Shown here in pieces: positions 37,758 through 51,444 of a stretch of 64,000 bases of DNA. The DNA is taken from positions 77,655-141,654 of the forward strand of contig JAYZAL010000064.1 of the NCBI GenBank assembly GCA_036339735.1, written 5' to 3'. The notes under the pieces are model-generated. The model made no database searches. It saw only the letters and a program-made list of their open reading frames with translations, and had not been told where the DNA came from. A program made the translations under genes and the position numbers. The stretch is from Candidatus Poribacteria bacterium (GTDB lineage Bacteria; Poribacteria; WGA-4E; UBA9662). Position 1 is the first letter of the stretch. Each line of letters opens with the position of its first letter.

Positions 37758-38849
37758 TTAAGGTTTGGGTTGACTAAACCATTTTTGGTAGATTTTTTGA
37801 TATTGGCCATTTTCTTTTAGTTTCAATAGTGCCTGATTAATCTTCTCTCGAAGTGGACTATTGGCTTGTAATGCAATTGCGTAATGTTGTGTTTCAAATA
37901 TAGGCCCAACGACTCGAGTCTGACCTTCGGAGCGAGCATAGTGTTGCAGGTTTGGCGAGTCGTATACAACAGCATCAACATCTTTATTGATCAGCTTTTG
38001 ACAAGCACTATCCACCCTATTAGCCAGAATAATATTAGCCCCAATGTTCTCTAGAACATTAACACTAGTGGAATCGCGCACAGTTGCAACACGCCGGTTA
38101 TGTAAATCAGATGGCTCTGTAATATCCGCCTTCAACTTCTCCATTGTAATAGCAGAACTAAATTCGGCTGTACAGTAAAGGAAGAAGCCAATTCCAGTAT
38201 AAATGACAACTAAACCTATCAATCTTCCAACGCTGTTTTTCGGCACTTTGTCTCCGTAGCCGACAGTTGCGATAGTTACATGCAGCCACCACGTCCATTC
38301 CCAAATATTAGCCCAATAAGTTTCATCTTCCTCTCGCTCAGCCCACCAAACAAGATGTGAAAAAACTAACGTAAACATCAGCCAGACCCCTAGTACATTC
38401 AGAAATTGGGGTTTTAGGAATACCCCCAAAGACCTAAAGACACTAGGATTAATTTGATTCCGGACCAGAATCTGTAATCCAGCTTCAATATATTGGTGAG
38501 AAAAATCAACTTTCTGTTCTCGATCTAGTGTGATTGTCAAGCCCCCAATTGAAATATCTGAGCGGTCTTCGACCAAGTCATCAAATAAATCCTTTAGTGT
38601 TTTAACAGGTCGATAAACGTAGGAGAGATCAAGATCTTCAGCAATAGCTTGCCAAAGATCAATATCAAAACCAGTTGGAGTCTGATTTGAATCTCGTAAG
38701 ATGATAAAAGGTGGAAATGGGTTAACGCTAACTGTAATGGTCTCGTCAACTTGTTCTGCATTTTCTGTAGAAGTATCCGGTTCTGAAATGCACGGGACAC
38801 AAAAAAATAAGGTGGCCAAAAAACACCGTGAAATTAACGTCTGAAGCAT
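37758..38849 (-). CDS. GluR0-like ligand-gated potassium channel (SBP lobe - 2TM pore - SBP lobe)
   Basis: FPPF/GFDIDLW/TITLDREQKVDFS lobe, TM-TVGYGD-TM pore, DAVVYDSP/YAIAL/INQALLKL lobe; start placed at ATG 38849. Confidence 0.88.
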   Translation of the reverse strand: MLQTLISRCFLATLFFCVPCISEPDTSTENAEQVDETITVSVNPFPPFIILRDSNQTPTGFDIDLWQAIAEDLDLSYVYRPVKTLKDLFDDLVEDRSDISIGGLTITLDREQKVDFSHQYIEAGLQILVRNQINPSVFRSLGVFLKPQFLNVLGVWLMFTLVFSHLVWWAEREEDETYWANIWEWTWWLHVTIATVGYGDKVPKNSVGRLIGLVVIYTGIGFFLYCTAEFSSAITMEKLKADITEPSDLHNRRVATVRDSTSVNVLENIGANIILANRVDSACQKLINKDVDAVVYDSPNLQHYARSEGQTRVVGPIFETQHYAIALQANSPLREKINQALLKLKENGQYQKIYQKWFSQPKP

Positions 38850-38865
38850 GAATGAAGAAATTATT

Positions 38866-39879
38866 TCAATAGGTAGATTCGGCGACTGCACGCTCATACA
38901 TAGCTTTCATATAAGCAATAGTATAGGCGGTCCCGACTTGATTATTACTTCCCATAGTTGGTATGTGATCAGGAATCATTACTCCTTTAAATTCATATTG
39001 ATGTAGAACTTTCATTACTTGATACATATCCATATATCCATTGTCAATAAAGGTTTCAGTGAAATGGGGTAATGGTTGGTCAACGTTACGGAAGTGGACT
39101 TTGAAAATTTTCTCTCGATCAGCAAAGTAGCGTATCGAATCCAGAATATCCATCCCCATTAATTCTCCGCCTTCTAGCCAACAACCAACACAAAAGCAAA
39201 TTCCGACGTTAGGGCTGTCCGCAATTTCTAGGGCCCGTTTGTATCCCTCGAAGCTACTGAAAATACAACGGGGAATTCCAGCCAAATATGGAACCGGTGG
39301 GTCATCTGGGTGGATACCGATTAGCACACCAGCCTCTTCAGCCACAGGAGCAACCTGTTTTATGAAATAAGTGTAATTGTCCCAAATTTCTTCTTGACTA
39401 TATTCTCTTTTATGAGACAGTGGCATAGAAAATGTCTGCCCATGCCAATGTCCAGATTCTGCCTGATTTAGATCGAAAGTGCGAGCTGAAGCCCCTCCCC
39501 TTAATGTTTTCTGCCCAGTACTCCAAATTCCATTTCCCATATGTGCGTAAGTTGTATAAGGAATGCCGGCTTTTCCCAAATTCCGTAAATGTTGCTTGTA
39601 TTCTTCAACCTTTTTATCTCGATTTTCTAAATTTAGTACAATAGCATCTTGGTTATGTACGTTTAAGTTCCCAAGACCAAAAACTTCAATTCCATACGCT
39701 GCGAATCTATCTTTTTGGTGTTGGTAATACATAGCACTGGCATTTGGCGCCTCAGTCCACAGCACAGCATGACGTATTCCCATTTGTAATACAAATTGGA
39801 AATCAGCTTCACTGGATTCCGGAGACATCTGGGCGCAAATTTTGATACCTGATTCAATTTTTCCTAATGGATTAATCAT
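38866..39879 (-). CDS. uxuA: Mannonate dehydratase family protein
   Basis: IWDNYTYF..VAPVAEEAGV..IHPDDPP, CVGC, VHFRN, PDH.P. Confidence 0.85.
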   Translation of the reverse strand: MINPLGKIESGIKICAQMSPESSEADFQFVLQMGIRHAVLWTEAPNASAMYYQHQKDRFAAYGIEVFGLGNLNVHNQDAIVLNLENRDKKVEEYKQHLRNLGKAGIPYTTYAHMGNGIWSTGQKTLRGGASARTFDLNQAESGHWHGQTFSMPLSHKREYSQEEIWDNYTYFIKQVAPVAEEAGVLIGIHPDDPPVPYLAGIPRCIFSSFEGYKRALEIADSPNVGICFCVGCWLEGGELMGMDILDSIRYFADREKIFKVHFRNVDQPLPHFTETFIDNGYMDMYQVMKVLHQYEFKGVMIPDHIPTMGSNNQVGTAYTIAYMKAMYERAVAESTY

Positions 39880-39923
39880 TTAGATCCCTCTGAATCACTA
39901 CCAAAAGCTAAAGCATACTATGT

Positions 39924-40568
39924 TCAAACATCAGTATGATACTTAACACCTGTTGAAGAAGACTTTGCTAAAATTTGCTTAGCTTTTTGGTAATCATCTT
40001 GTGTATTCATATTTAGAAAAATGTTACCAGATGGATCAAATCTGCTCCATTCGGTAAAAGGATAAATATTCAATTCGGAAAACATACGATGGACACTGAG
40101 CTTATTCTGATTAATTCTTGATTCTATCGGAGATGAGCAAGATTGAGCGTAGATAGCACACAAAGGTTCAAAACCATTATTAGTCAATGGAACTACTGCA
40201 TCATGCGAACCAATCTTTCTTCCCATCTCAATCAAGATTCGTTCAGTTATAAATGGCAAGTCACAAGCCAATATTAGACAGTGAGAATTGGATATAGATT
40301 GCAGCGCTGTAAAAATTGCCATCAGAGGCCCTTTCCCTTTTATTTGATCGGTGACTATCTTTGTCTTAAGAGTATCGAATGGTTTATAGTCCTCACTAGA
40401 AACGATGATCAGTTCGTTTGTTATTCGGTTAGCTATTTCGATCGTGCGGTTAATAATCGGTTTGTTTTCTATTTCTAGCCAAGCTTTAGGTTCGCCCATA
40501 CGGCTACTTTTTCCACCCACTAAAATAGCAACACTAAGAGGTAAAATGTTTTTACTACGTTTTTTCAT
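39924..40568 (-). CDS. mobA: Molybdenum cofactor guanylyltransferase
   Basis: ILVGGKSSRMG.PKA, GPL, LACDLPF, EPLCAIY, NMNT.DDY. Confidence 0.9.
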   Translation of the reverse strand: MKKRSKNILPLSVAILVGGKSSRMGEPKAWLEIENKPIINRTIEIANRITNELIIVSSEDYKPFDTLKTKIVTDQIKGKGPLMAIFTALQSISNSHCLILACDLPFITERILIEMGRKIGSHDAVVPLTNNGFEPLCAIYAQSCSSPIESRINQNKLSVHRMFSELNIYPFTEWSRFDPSGNIFLNMNTQDDYQKAKQILAKSSSTGVKYHTDV

Positions 40569-40947
40569 AAATGACTGGTACTTATTTTGGGTGGTATACC
40601 TCGATTTGTCAACAAGACTTTTGGAGTATGATTATCCTAGTTCACCATGCTCAAAACTAGTTAGGTAAGCAGTTTTCTAATTTTGTTCTAGCTTAATCTA
40701 TTTTCCTATTAATTAACGTGTGAGTCAGAGCTAAAGAACATGAAGACGAACTGGTTGAATACTAGTTAATCAATAATCTGCAGGTGGCCGAAAGGGAATT
40801 TATTATCTCTTCAAATCTATTATGGGCTAATGATAAAATGACGAAAGACACCTGAAGCATTTTAGAGAATACAAAATAATTAACCGATATAGTTTAGGGG
40901 AAATTATTAACAAAAAGACTGAGGTTATAAAATTGACCACTTAAATA

Positions 40948-41847
40948 ATGACTGATAGAATCAGTTTATTAAAATATAGAGACGATATTATGAAAAGACA
41001 AGGAAACTATTTTGAAGACGGCTATATGGTAGTGAAAAATCTACTACAACCTGAGGAACTAAAACCATTCCAAAGCGTTATCGAGAAAGCCGTTGATCAA
41101 CATGCCCAAGTCCTATTATCAGAAGGGAAAATTAATGATATAGCTGAATCTGCACCTTTTGAGTGCCGAATGGCTAAACTCTACCGAAATCTCGATAACC
41201 GTATGCGATCTTGGAATACTGATATATTTTCCTACGAACTTTACAATTTAATAACCCACAAAAATATTCTCGACGTGGTAGATTCTTTAATCGGTTCAGA
41301 GATCATCCACCATGGGGATTTCCACTTACGTCCTAAACTACCAGGCCATCAATGGACAGCTTTTCCATGGCATCAAGACAGTCAATATTATGGTAAACCT
41401 ACGCAATACATGCACGTCGTTACCATTTCTTTACCTCTGGTTGAAGTTACCGAAGCTAACGGTTGTATATGGGTAATACCTGGCAGCCACCACTGGGGGT
41501 ATCTCGACGGGGAAAGGGGCAATGATCAAAACATCCGTACCTTCGAAGATGTTGAAAAACGTGGCAACCCACTGTCTATTCCGATGTCAGCGGGTGATGG
41601 ATTATTTTTGACTAATCTGACGTTTCATTCCAGCACAATTAATCAGACTAATAATGTTCGCTGGACTATTGACTTACGTTACAGTGCGATTCCTGGCACA
41701 AAAGCGTTATCTCCTCTACAACAAGAAGCTACCAATTACATGTTTGCGACTTTGAGACGAAATTTTATACCGTTGATCGTTCGTTCAAAATCGGGTAAAC
41801 AATCCTGGCAACAGTGGAAAGAAGCCAAGTATGGTGTAAATAGCTAA
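40948..41847 (+). CDS. Phytanoyl-CoA dioxygenase (PhyH) family Fe(II)/2OG oxygenase
   Basis: PWHQD, NGCIWVIPGSH, TFHSS..N...R.TIDLRY; start may be 40990. Confidence 0.9.
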   Translation: MTDRISLLKYRDDIMKRQGNYFEDGYMVVKNLLQPEELKPFQSVIEKAVDQHAQVLLSEGKINDIAESAPFECRMAKLYRNLDNRMRSWNTDIFSYELYNLITHKNILDVVDSLIGSEIIHHGDFHLRPKLPGHQWTAFPWHQDSQYYGKPTQYMHVVTISLPLVEVTEANGCIWVIPGSHHWGYLDGERGNDQNIRTFEDVEKRGNPLSIPMSAGDGLFLTNLTFHSSTINQTNNVRWTIDLRYSAIPGTKALSPLQQEATNYMFATLRRNFIPLIVRSKSGKQSWQQWKEAKYGVNS

Positions 41848-42091
41848 TTAAGAATCAATAATGAACATAGGGAACCACAGGCTTGTAAAATTATTCTCAA
41901 TTCTACACAGCAAGAGTCCCAAAGCACAGTCCACATACAATTCTCAGAAAAATCTCCCAGCATTGGCTGTCAATCTCAGTCTATCTCAAGAGTGTTTGTT
42001 TTTAATTTAGCCTTTACCATTAAATCAAAAACGTCGAAGTAAACTGGAATAACTCAAATTAAATACAGGTAATTTCAGCTAAATAGATGAA

Positions 42092-45293
<3,202 letters not shown>

Positions 45294-45421
45294 AATCAAT
45301 TTCCAAAAACCTGAACATGTAGAAGATTCTATCACAATTGCTCGTATGTTAACAGTCTAGTCTGTTAACATACAAGAGAACAACATTATTTAAACGTAGC
45401 TTTAACAGCTTACAATTAGTT

Positions 45422-46507
45422 ATGATCGAAAAATCCGAAAATCAGTTTGCTTTGCTCACTTTTGCTGGACTTGCCAAGATAGCTGCAGAGGAACTCAACC
45501 CTTCAGACAAGAAAAAAATTCAGGTACATCATTTACCTAATTATGACTTGTCAGTATTGAGCTTGTCAGAAACTGACATGAGTTGTTTACCCTCTCTAAA
45601 AACGGTAGAAGATGTTTTTTGGTTGATGGGACGATTACCACTATCAAAGAAAATACATTTACGTCAATTACAAGAAAGAATCCAAAAAGAACAACTGCTA
45701 GTAGGTATCAGTTTAAAAAATTCTTTGTTTCACCCTACTAAACCCAAACAACCTAGCTTTAATTGTTTTGTTAAGCAAGACCATGATTATCCAATTTACC
45801 GTCGAACTATAGCACAACGTATGAGATCCGCTGTGGCTCAAGCTTTTCCCAAATGGAAAATTCGAGACCCTGGCTCTATTGAAATTTGGGGATTTTATAT
45901 CCGCCGACAACTACATTTGGCTTTTCGTTTATCTGATAATCGTCTACGATATCATTCGGAATCTCCATTCCACCGACCTGGTACTTTGAGGCCGACCATT
46001 GCTGCTTCCATGGTTAGAATAGCTAGACTGTTACCCAATGAAAAGATAATTGACCCTATGTGTGGCACTGGAATAATTTTATCTGAAGTTCTTCACCAGC
46101 GGAGCAATTCATCGAATAATTTAATAGGTGGAGATATAGATCAGAGAGCTGTTACATTAGCTCGAAAAAGGCTTTCGCGATACCACCTACACCTTCAGAA
46201 TTGGGATGCAAGGCAATTACCAGTAGAACCAAATTCGGTCGATTGTATAATTTGCAATCTTCCTTTTGGTAATAGATTTTCGTCAACCCAAGAAAATAAA
46301 AACTTATACAATCAGTTGGTAACCAATTGGGGCACAAAGCTCAAAAAAAAAGGTCGAATGGTTCTATTAACTGCTGATACGAAAAATCTGGAAGATGTGT
46401 TGAATCAAAAACAGCTAAGTTGGGAACATTGCTGTAGGGTGAAAGTGTTAGGAACTTGGGCTTCTATTTACTTAATCGAACCAACTGATTTAAGTACTAC
46501 AAAGTAA
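45422..46507 (+). CDS. THUMP-type/UPF0020 SAM-dependent RNA methyltransferase (Trm14/RlmL-like)
   Basis: LRPTIAASM, DPMCGTG, GGDID, DA, CNLPFG. Confidence 0.8.
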   Translation: MIEKSENQFALLTFAGLAKIAAEELNPSDKKKIQVHHLPNYDLSVLSLSETDMSCLPSLKTVEDVFWLMGRLPLSKKIHLRQLQERIQKEQLLVGISLKNSLFHPTKPKQPSFNCFVKQDHDYPIYRRTIAQRMRSAVAQAFPKWKIRDPGSIEIWGFYIRRQLHLAFRLSDNRLRYHSESPFHRPGTLRPTIAASMVRIARLLPNEKIIDPMCGTGIILSEVLHQRSNSSNNLIGGDIDQRAVTLARKRLSRYHLHLQNWDARQLPVEPNSVDCIICNLPFGNRFSSTQENKNLYNQLVTNWGTKLKKKGRMVLLTADTKNLEDVLNQKQLSWEHCCRVKVLGTWASIYLIEPTDLSTTK

Positions 46508-46563
46508 AACATACATTATTTATTACAAACAATTATGCAATTGATCTTCTGTTTGAAACGGAC

Positions 46564-46598
46564 AAAAAAAACTGGTGTATCACAAAATACACCAGTTT
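46564..46598 (-). terminator. Intrinsic terminator of the RRM gene
   Basis: Perfect 12-bp stem AAACTGGTGTAT/ATACACCAGTTT followed by a U-tract on the minus strand. Confidence 0.85.
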
Positions 46599-46623
46599 CA
46601 GGTACAAAAACCTTAACAATTAA

Positions 46624-46935
46624 CTAATAACGAGAGTCGTAGTCGTCTCCGCCGTATCCACCACCACCACCGCCACCACGACGTGGTCGGTCTTCGCGAG
46701 GGCGAGCTTGGTTAACTTTTAGTGGACGTCCTAGCAGTTCTTTTCCATCGAGTTCTTCAATCGCACGAGTAGCCTCTTCGTCATTCGGCATCTCGACAAA
46801 TCCGAATCCCTTGGATCGACCACTATATCGATCAAAGATAATGGAGGCTGAATCAACTGAGCCAATGGCCTCAAATACTTCCAGTAAGTCGTCGTCTGAG
46901 GCTTGGTACGATATGTTTCCAACGTAAATGTTCAT
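46624..46935 (-). CDS. RRM-type RNA-binding protein with Gly-rich tail
   Basis: RNP2 IYVGNI, RNP1 KGFGFVEM, GGGGGGG tail; true start is MNIYVG at 46935. Confidence 0.93.
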   Translation of the reverse strand: MNIYVGNISYQASDDDLLEVFEAIGSVDSASIIFDRYSGRSKGFGFVEMPNDEEATRAIEELDGKELLGRPLKVNQARPREDRPRRGGGGGGGYGGDDYDSRY

Positions 46936-47257
46936 TAAATTTCCCTTGCAGGCTGTTACCCAGCAATAAGTCCTTCCAAAGAAGAAAGAGCAATGTCTGA
47001 TTATTCTGATAACCAAGCGGTTCAATCTGTCTGTAAAGCTTAGTTACAAAGAGACCCATATTATAAAGGATGATTAGCCTTAGTGTCAAAGAAAACTGCT
47101 TTAAATTTGTCATTTAATCTGATTTTTAAATCGACAAAATGACACACCACGAATTTAAAATCCTTGACATGCAGGCATAATAAATGCTTATTTGAATCCC
47201 TCGACAACCTTTGCTATATTGTACTACTTTTTACTCAAACTTTATTTGGGAAGCAAC

Positions 47258-48022
47258 ATGAAAAAAGAACAAATACATAACAAAATTGCTATTGTGACGG
47301 GTGCCGGCTCTGGCATTGGGAAACATACCACCCTTGCTCTGTTGAAAGAAGGCTACATTGTAGTTTTGGCCGGGCGGCGAATTGAGACGTTAGAAAAGAC
47401 AGCAAGCCTGTGGGAAGTAGAAAACCAACTAATGGTCATTCCAACTGATGTCACTTCCCCTGATTCAGTCTGCAACTTATTCGACCAAACAGTGCGTACT
47501 TTTGGCCGTCTTGACTTACTATTCAACAATGCAGGAATTGGGGCACCTAGTATACCGATAGAAGAACTAACATACCAACAATGGAGAGACGTAGTTGATA
47601 CGAATCTTACAGGTTCCTTCTTGTGTATACAGGAAGCTTTCAAAATAATGAAGGAACAAAAACCGAGAGGTGGACGAATTATTAATAATGGTTCGATTTC
47701 GGCCCATGTGCCACGACCAAACTCGGCCCCTTACACCGCGACTAAGCATGCCATTACAGGTTTAACGCGTTCCACGTCATTAGATGGTCGACCATTTAAT
47801 ATCGCATGCGGACAAATAGACATTGGTAACGCTTCTACTGATATGACAAAAAGAATGCAAAAAGGTATCACACAAGCAAACGGAACCATAGTATCAGAAC
47901 CGACCATGGATGCCGATCACGTGGCAAACGCAGTCGTATATATGGCAAGCTTGCCGCTCGAGACCAACGTACAATTTATGACTGTAATGGCAACTCAAAT
48001 GCCCTATATAGGGAGGGGCTAA
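47258..48022 (+). CDS. Short-chain dehydrogenase/reductase
   Basis: [22 protein letters not shown]. Confidence 0.93.
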   Translation: MKKEQIHNKIAIVTGAGSGIGKHTTLALLKEGYIVVLAGRRIETLEKTASLWEVENQLMVIPTDVTSPDSVCNLFDQTVRTFGRLDLLFNNAGIGAPSIPIEELTYQQWRDVVDTNLTGSFLCIQEAFKIMKEQKPRGGRIINNGSISAHVPRPNSAPYTATKHAITGLTRSTSLDGRPFNIACGQIDIGNASTDMTKRMQKGITQANGTIVSEPTMDADHVANAVVYMASLPLETNVQFMTVMATQMPYIGRG

Positions 48023-48045
48023 TCTTTGCTGGGTCTGATAGAAGT

Positions 48046-48438
48046 CTAGTTCAGTTTGGAATGTTTTTTCAAGTCTTCCAAAGACACCACAGACAGAGCC
48101 GAGAATTCAGTGGCAGAAAGCAAAACTGGTGGAGCGACACCTGCATCCATTGCATCTTTCCATCGCTCGGCGCAGACGCACCAATGATCACCCGGCTGTA
48201 AACCGGGGAAGCCAGTATTAGGAACAGGTGAACTCAAGTCATTACCTTCTGACTTAGAAAAGAGAAGAAACTCGGTCGTCATTTCGGCGCATATCACATG
48301 TTTCCCTAAGTCTCTGGGATCGGTCTCACAACTACCATTTCTGAACCAACCGGTCATTGGGTCACAACTGCATTCAACCAGTGCTTTTCCTAGTACGTTC
48401 CTCTTTTTAATAACGTTTATTCGGCTTTCACTTTCCAC
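48046..48438 (-). CDS. DUF2237 family protein
   Basis: NVLG..L..CS.DPMTGWFRNG.C, GNDLS.P, GD.WC.CA.RW. Confidence 0.9.
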   Translation of the reverse strand: MESESRINVIKKRNVLGKALVECSCDPMTGWFRNGSCETDPRDLGKHVICAEMTTEFLLFSKSEGNDLSSPVPNTGFPGLQPGDHWCVCAERWKDAMDAGVAPPVLLSATEFSALSVVSLEDLKKHSKLN

Positions 48439-48623
48439 GTACGTTTACCTTTTTACTAATTCGTTACTTTACTTCATGATACCAAATACTCATCTGAAAA
48501 ATCAATGACTCATCAAGTCGCACAATCTAACAAAATTTCAACAAATTGTTTGTTGAAATTTCCATAAGTGTTATAATCTAGGCGACGGAATAATAGCTCA
48601 TCCAAAAACCAAGGTGAAAATAG

Positions 48624-49337
48624 GTGAAAATATCTGACGGTTTAGTCGTTTTAACTTTTGACGATGGGAATAAATCAGACCTTGACTTTGTTGCTCCCAT
48701 TCTAAAGTCATTTCAGTTTGGAGCTACTTTTTTTATCACTGAAGGGCTAAATTTTCTTACAAACAAACACCATTACATGGATTGGTCTGAAATAAAAGAA
48801 CTTTATGATCTTGGTTTCGAGATTGGCAATCACACGCGTTACCACAAAAATGTTTGTCAACAATCCTCAGAAGATCTATTAAACGATATTCGTCATATTG
48901 ACCAACGTTGTGTCGAATATGGGATTTTGGAACCAAAAACTTTCTGTTATCCTGGTTACCAATATGATGAAGATTCAGTCCAAACAGTACAAAATCACGG
49001 ATTTACATTTGCTCGTAGAGGTGTAGCACCCGAGTTCGAATACGATGGTCATGGAGGGCGAGGGCCAGCTTACGATCCCCAACGACATCATCCTTTGTCA
49101 ATTCCAACAACTGGAGCCTCAGGGCCAAAATGGGGGTGGGACGACTTTCTATGGGCTTTAGACCAAGCCAAAAATGGTAAAATTTGCATATTAACATTTC
49201 ATGGTGTTCCTGCTTTGGAGCACCCGTGGGTAAATACCAATCCCGAGCAATTTGTAAAATATATGCAATACATGAAAGATAATAATTTCCAAGTCATTTC
49301 ATTAGGGGCTTTAGATCAGTTTAACGATGATTTGTAA
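48624..49337 (+). CDS. Polysaccharide deacetylase (CE4/NodB-like)
   Basis: LTFDDG, EIGNHTRYH, FCYPG, LTFHGV. Confidence 0.87.
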   Translation: MKISDGLVVLTFDDGNKSDLDFVAPILKSFQFGATFFITEGLNFLTNKHHYMDWSEIKELYDLGFEIGNHTRYHKNVCQQSSEDLLNDIRHIDQRCVEYGILEPKTFCYPGYQYDEDSVQTVQNHGFTFARRGVAPEFEYDGHGGRGPAYDPQRHHPLSIPTTGASGPKWGWDDFLWALDQAKNGKICILTFHGVPALEHPWVNTNPEQFVKYMQYMKDNNFQVISLGALDQFNDDL

Positions 49338-49581
49338 AATTACAATATGAAATACCTGACGGAAAACACTATTTGTTTATCTATCCTTCTGCTATACACA
49401 GAAGGTAGTTATCTTGGCCAACTATGCCATTGGTTAGAAAACCTATTTGACTTAGAAATATCGAACCCATTTGGATAGATGATACGATAGTTTGTTGGTA
49501 ATCCTGTTGACATCATATGCCTAAATAAAAACTCAAATATCACTATCGCATTGTGCATAATAATTCAGAACAGAAATAGTA

Positions 49582-50118
49582 ATGATTAAACGACTTTTAC
49601 TTCGACTCAGCGACTGGGATATTCGCCTTTTTATGCGGATTTTCAACCTTAATGGGCGTCGATTGTCGGATCATCTAATGTACTTGATATCAAAGACAGG
49701 AGACGGTCATCTTTATATTGCGATTATACCCTTTCTTCTGATTTTTCACCCCGACTTATCAGAAGGAAAATTGATTTTCGCAACCGGAGCAGTTGGATTC
49801 GTTGTCAAATTGTCAATATATACCTTATTGAAAAAAAAAATCAAACGAACTCGCCCATTTGATGTGTTCGAAGAAGTTGAATTTTTGATTCCACCACCGG
49901 ATCGGTTTAGCTTTCCTTCAGGGCACACCGCTGGTGCCGTAATGGCTGCTATTGTACTTGGCCATTTCTACACTTTCTTGCAAATTCCACTGGTCATATG
50001 GTCCTGTTTGGTTGGTTTTTCCAGAGTTTATCTTGGTGTCCATTATCCGACTGATGTTGCCGCAGGAGTGATATTAGGTATTTTAAGTGCCAAAGTCGGT
50101 TTTTTTGTAACTACCTAA
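49582..50118 (+). CDS. PAP2 family membrane phosphatase
   Basis: K....R.RP, SFPSGH, SRVYLGVHYPTDV. Confidence 0.92.
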   Translation: MIKRLLLRLSDWDIRLFMRIFNLNGRRLSDHLMYLISKTGDGHLYIAIIPFLLIFHPDLSEGKLIFATGAVGFVVKLSIYTLLKKKIKRTRPFDVFEEVEFLIPPPDRFSFPSGHTAGAVMAAIVLGHFYTFLQIPLVIWSCLVGFSRVYLGVHYPTDVAAGVILGILSAKVGFFVTT

Positions 50119-50354
50119 AAGTTATCCGGCACTACAATTTTTGTCATCCAACAAGTGTCTTAAAAATCGATTATAAAATTGAGTGGGCAGAAAGTTTTTT
50201 CCCAACTGAATCAGCTGAATTAAAAGTGAAACGAATAGAAAATTCGAGGTCTTCTGTGCTGAAATCCTAGGTTATCTATGTGAAGAGTAATTTCTATTTA
50301 TCTCAAAATCAGAACCGAAAAGACTAAATTTAAATTCCAAGAAGGGGTATTCAG

Positions 50355-51401
50355 ATGGCAGTCCATAATCACGAAGATCACGATTTAGAGAATCGACAGA
50401 CAGAAACAGACAGTTTGATTCTGCCGGCCTCAGAGATCAGTGAACAAATCGAAATCGCGTGCATTCAATTTTTGGAAGTACTTAGGCCAGAACAACGACG
50501 GAAAGCAATTTTGCCTTTTGATGCAAACGACCGCTTTCGTTGGCATTATGTTCCTATCGAAATGTTCCCACGTCAAGGCTTACCTTTAGAAGAAATGCAA
50601 GCCGATCAAAAACAGAAAGCATTTTCATTGTTAGCCGCTAGTTTGAGCGAAAAAGGTTATCAAAAAGCTTGCTCTATTATTAATCTAGAAAATATTTTGG
50701 GAGAAATTGAGCAAGCTGAAGGCACTGACAAACTTACACGTGATCCAGAAAGGTATTATTTTACTATTTTTGGTGACCCTACAAACCGAGAGCCTTGGGG
50801 GTGGCGTATAGAAGGACATCATGTTTCTCTACACTATACCATAGTTGACAGTAAACTCATTTCACCTGTTCCATCGTTTTTTGGTGCTAATCCTGGAGAA
50901 GTCAAAACTGGCCAACATAAAGGCTTACGTATTTTGTCCGAAGAAGAAGACTTAGCCCGTCACTTATTAAAGTCGTTATCTCACGACCAAAAAAGTAAAG
51001 CTGTCCTAAACGTAGAAGCTCCACATGATATTCTTACTCGTGAGCAACCTAAAGTGGAAATTGAACAAGCCCAAGGATTAGCTATGGAATCAATGAGTTC
51101 TGCACAACGAGAAGTATTAACAACTTTAATCCACGAATATATAGACCGTATGCCACACCAAGTAGCCCAGAATGAACTCAAAAAGCTCCGCCATTCAGAT
51201 CTTAACCGGATTCACTTTGCTTGGGCTGGTGGAGAAGAACAGGGACAACCTCACTATTACCGATTGCATGGGCAAACATTTTTTGTTGAGTACGATAACG
51301 TACAAAATGACGCCAATCACATCCACTCAATCTGGAGACATTTAGAAGATGACTTCGGTGTTGACTTACTTCGACGACACTATCACAGCCAACATCACTA
51401 G
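50355..51401 (+). CDS. DUF3500 family protein
   Basis: R..WHY.P, LSEKGY, YYFTIFG.P, WGWRIEGHHVS, F.GANP, EYDN.Q..ANHIHS.WR...DFG. Confidence 0.85.
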   Translation: MAVHNHEDHDLENRQTETDSLILPASEISEQIEIACIQFLEVLRPEQRRKAILPFDANDRFRWHYVPIEMFPRQGLPLEEMQADQKQKAFSLLAASLSEKGYQKACSIINLENILGEIEQAEGTDKLTRDPERYYFTIFGDPTNREPWGWRIEGHHVSLHYTIVDSKLISPVPSFFGANPGEVKTGQHKGLRILSEEEDLARHLLKSLSHDQKSKAVLNVEAPHDILTREQPKVEIEQAQGLAMESMSSAQREVLTTLIHEYIDRMPHQVAQNELKKLRHSDLNRIHFAWAGGEEQGQPHYYRLHGQTFFVEYDNVQNDANHIHSIWRHLEDDFGVDLLRRHYHSQHH

Positions 51402-51444
51402 AATAATGTCTCCTCAGGTAGTTTAAATTTACAAACGGCCATAA

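Noticed and set aside
46947-47026. Minus-strand TTGAACC and GGGTAACAGCCTGC words reminiscent of enterobacterial 6S RNA
   Set aside because: The words are not contiguous as in 6S, no long closing stem is visible, and the region is better explained as the RRM gene leader
49347-49478. 43-codon ORF with an internal hairpin between the deacetylase and PAP2 genes
   Set aside because: No SD or recognisable motif; the hairpin may simply be a terminator
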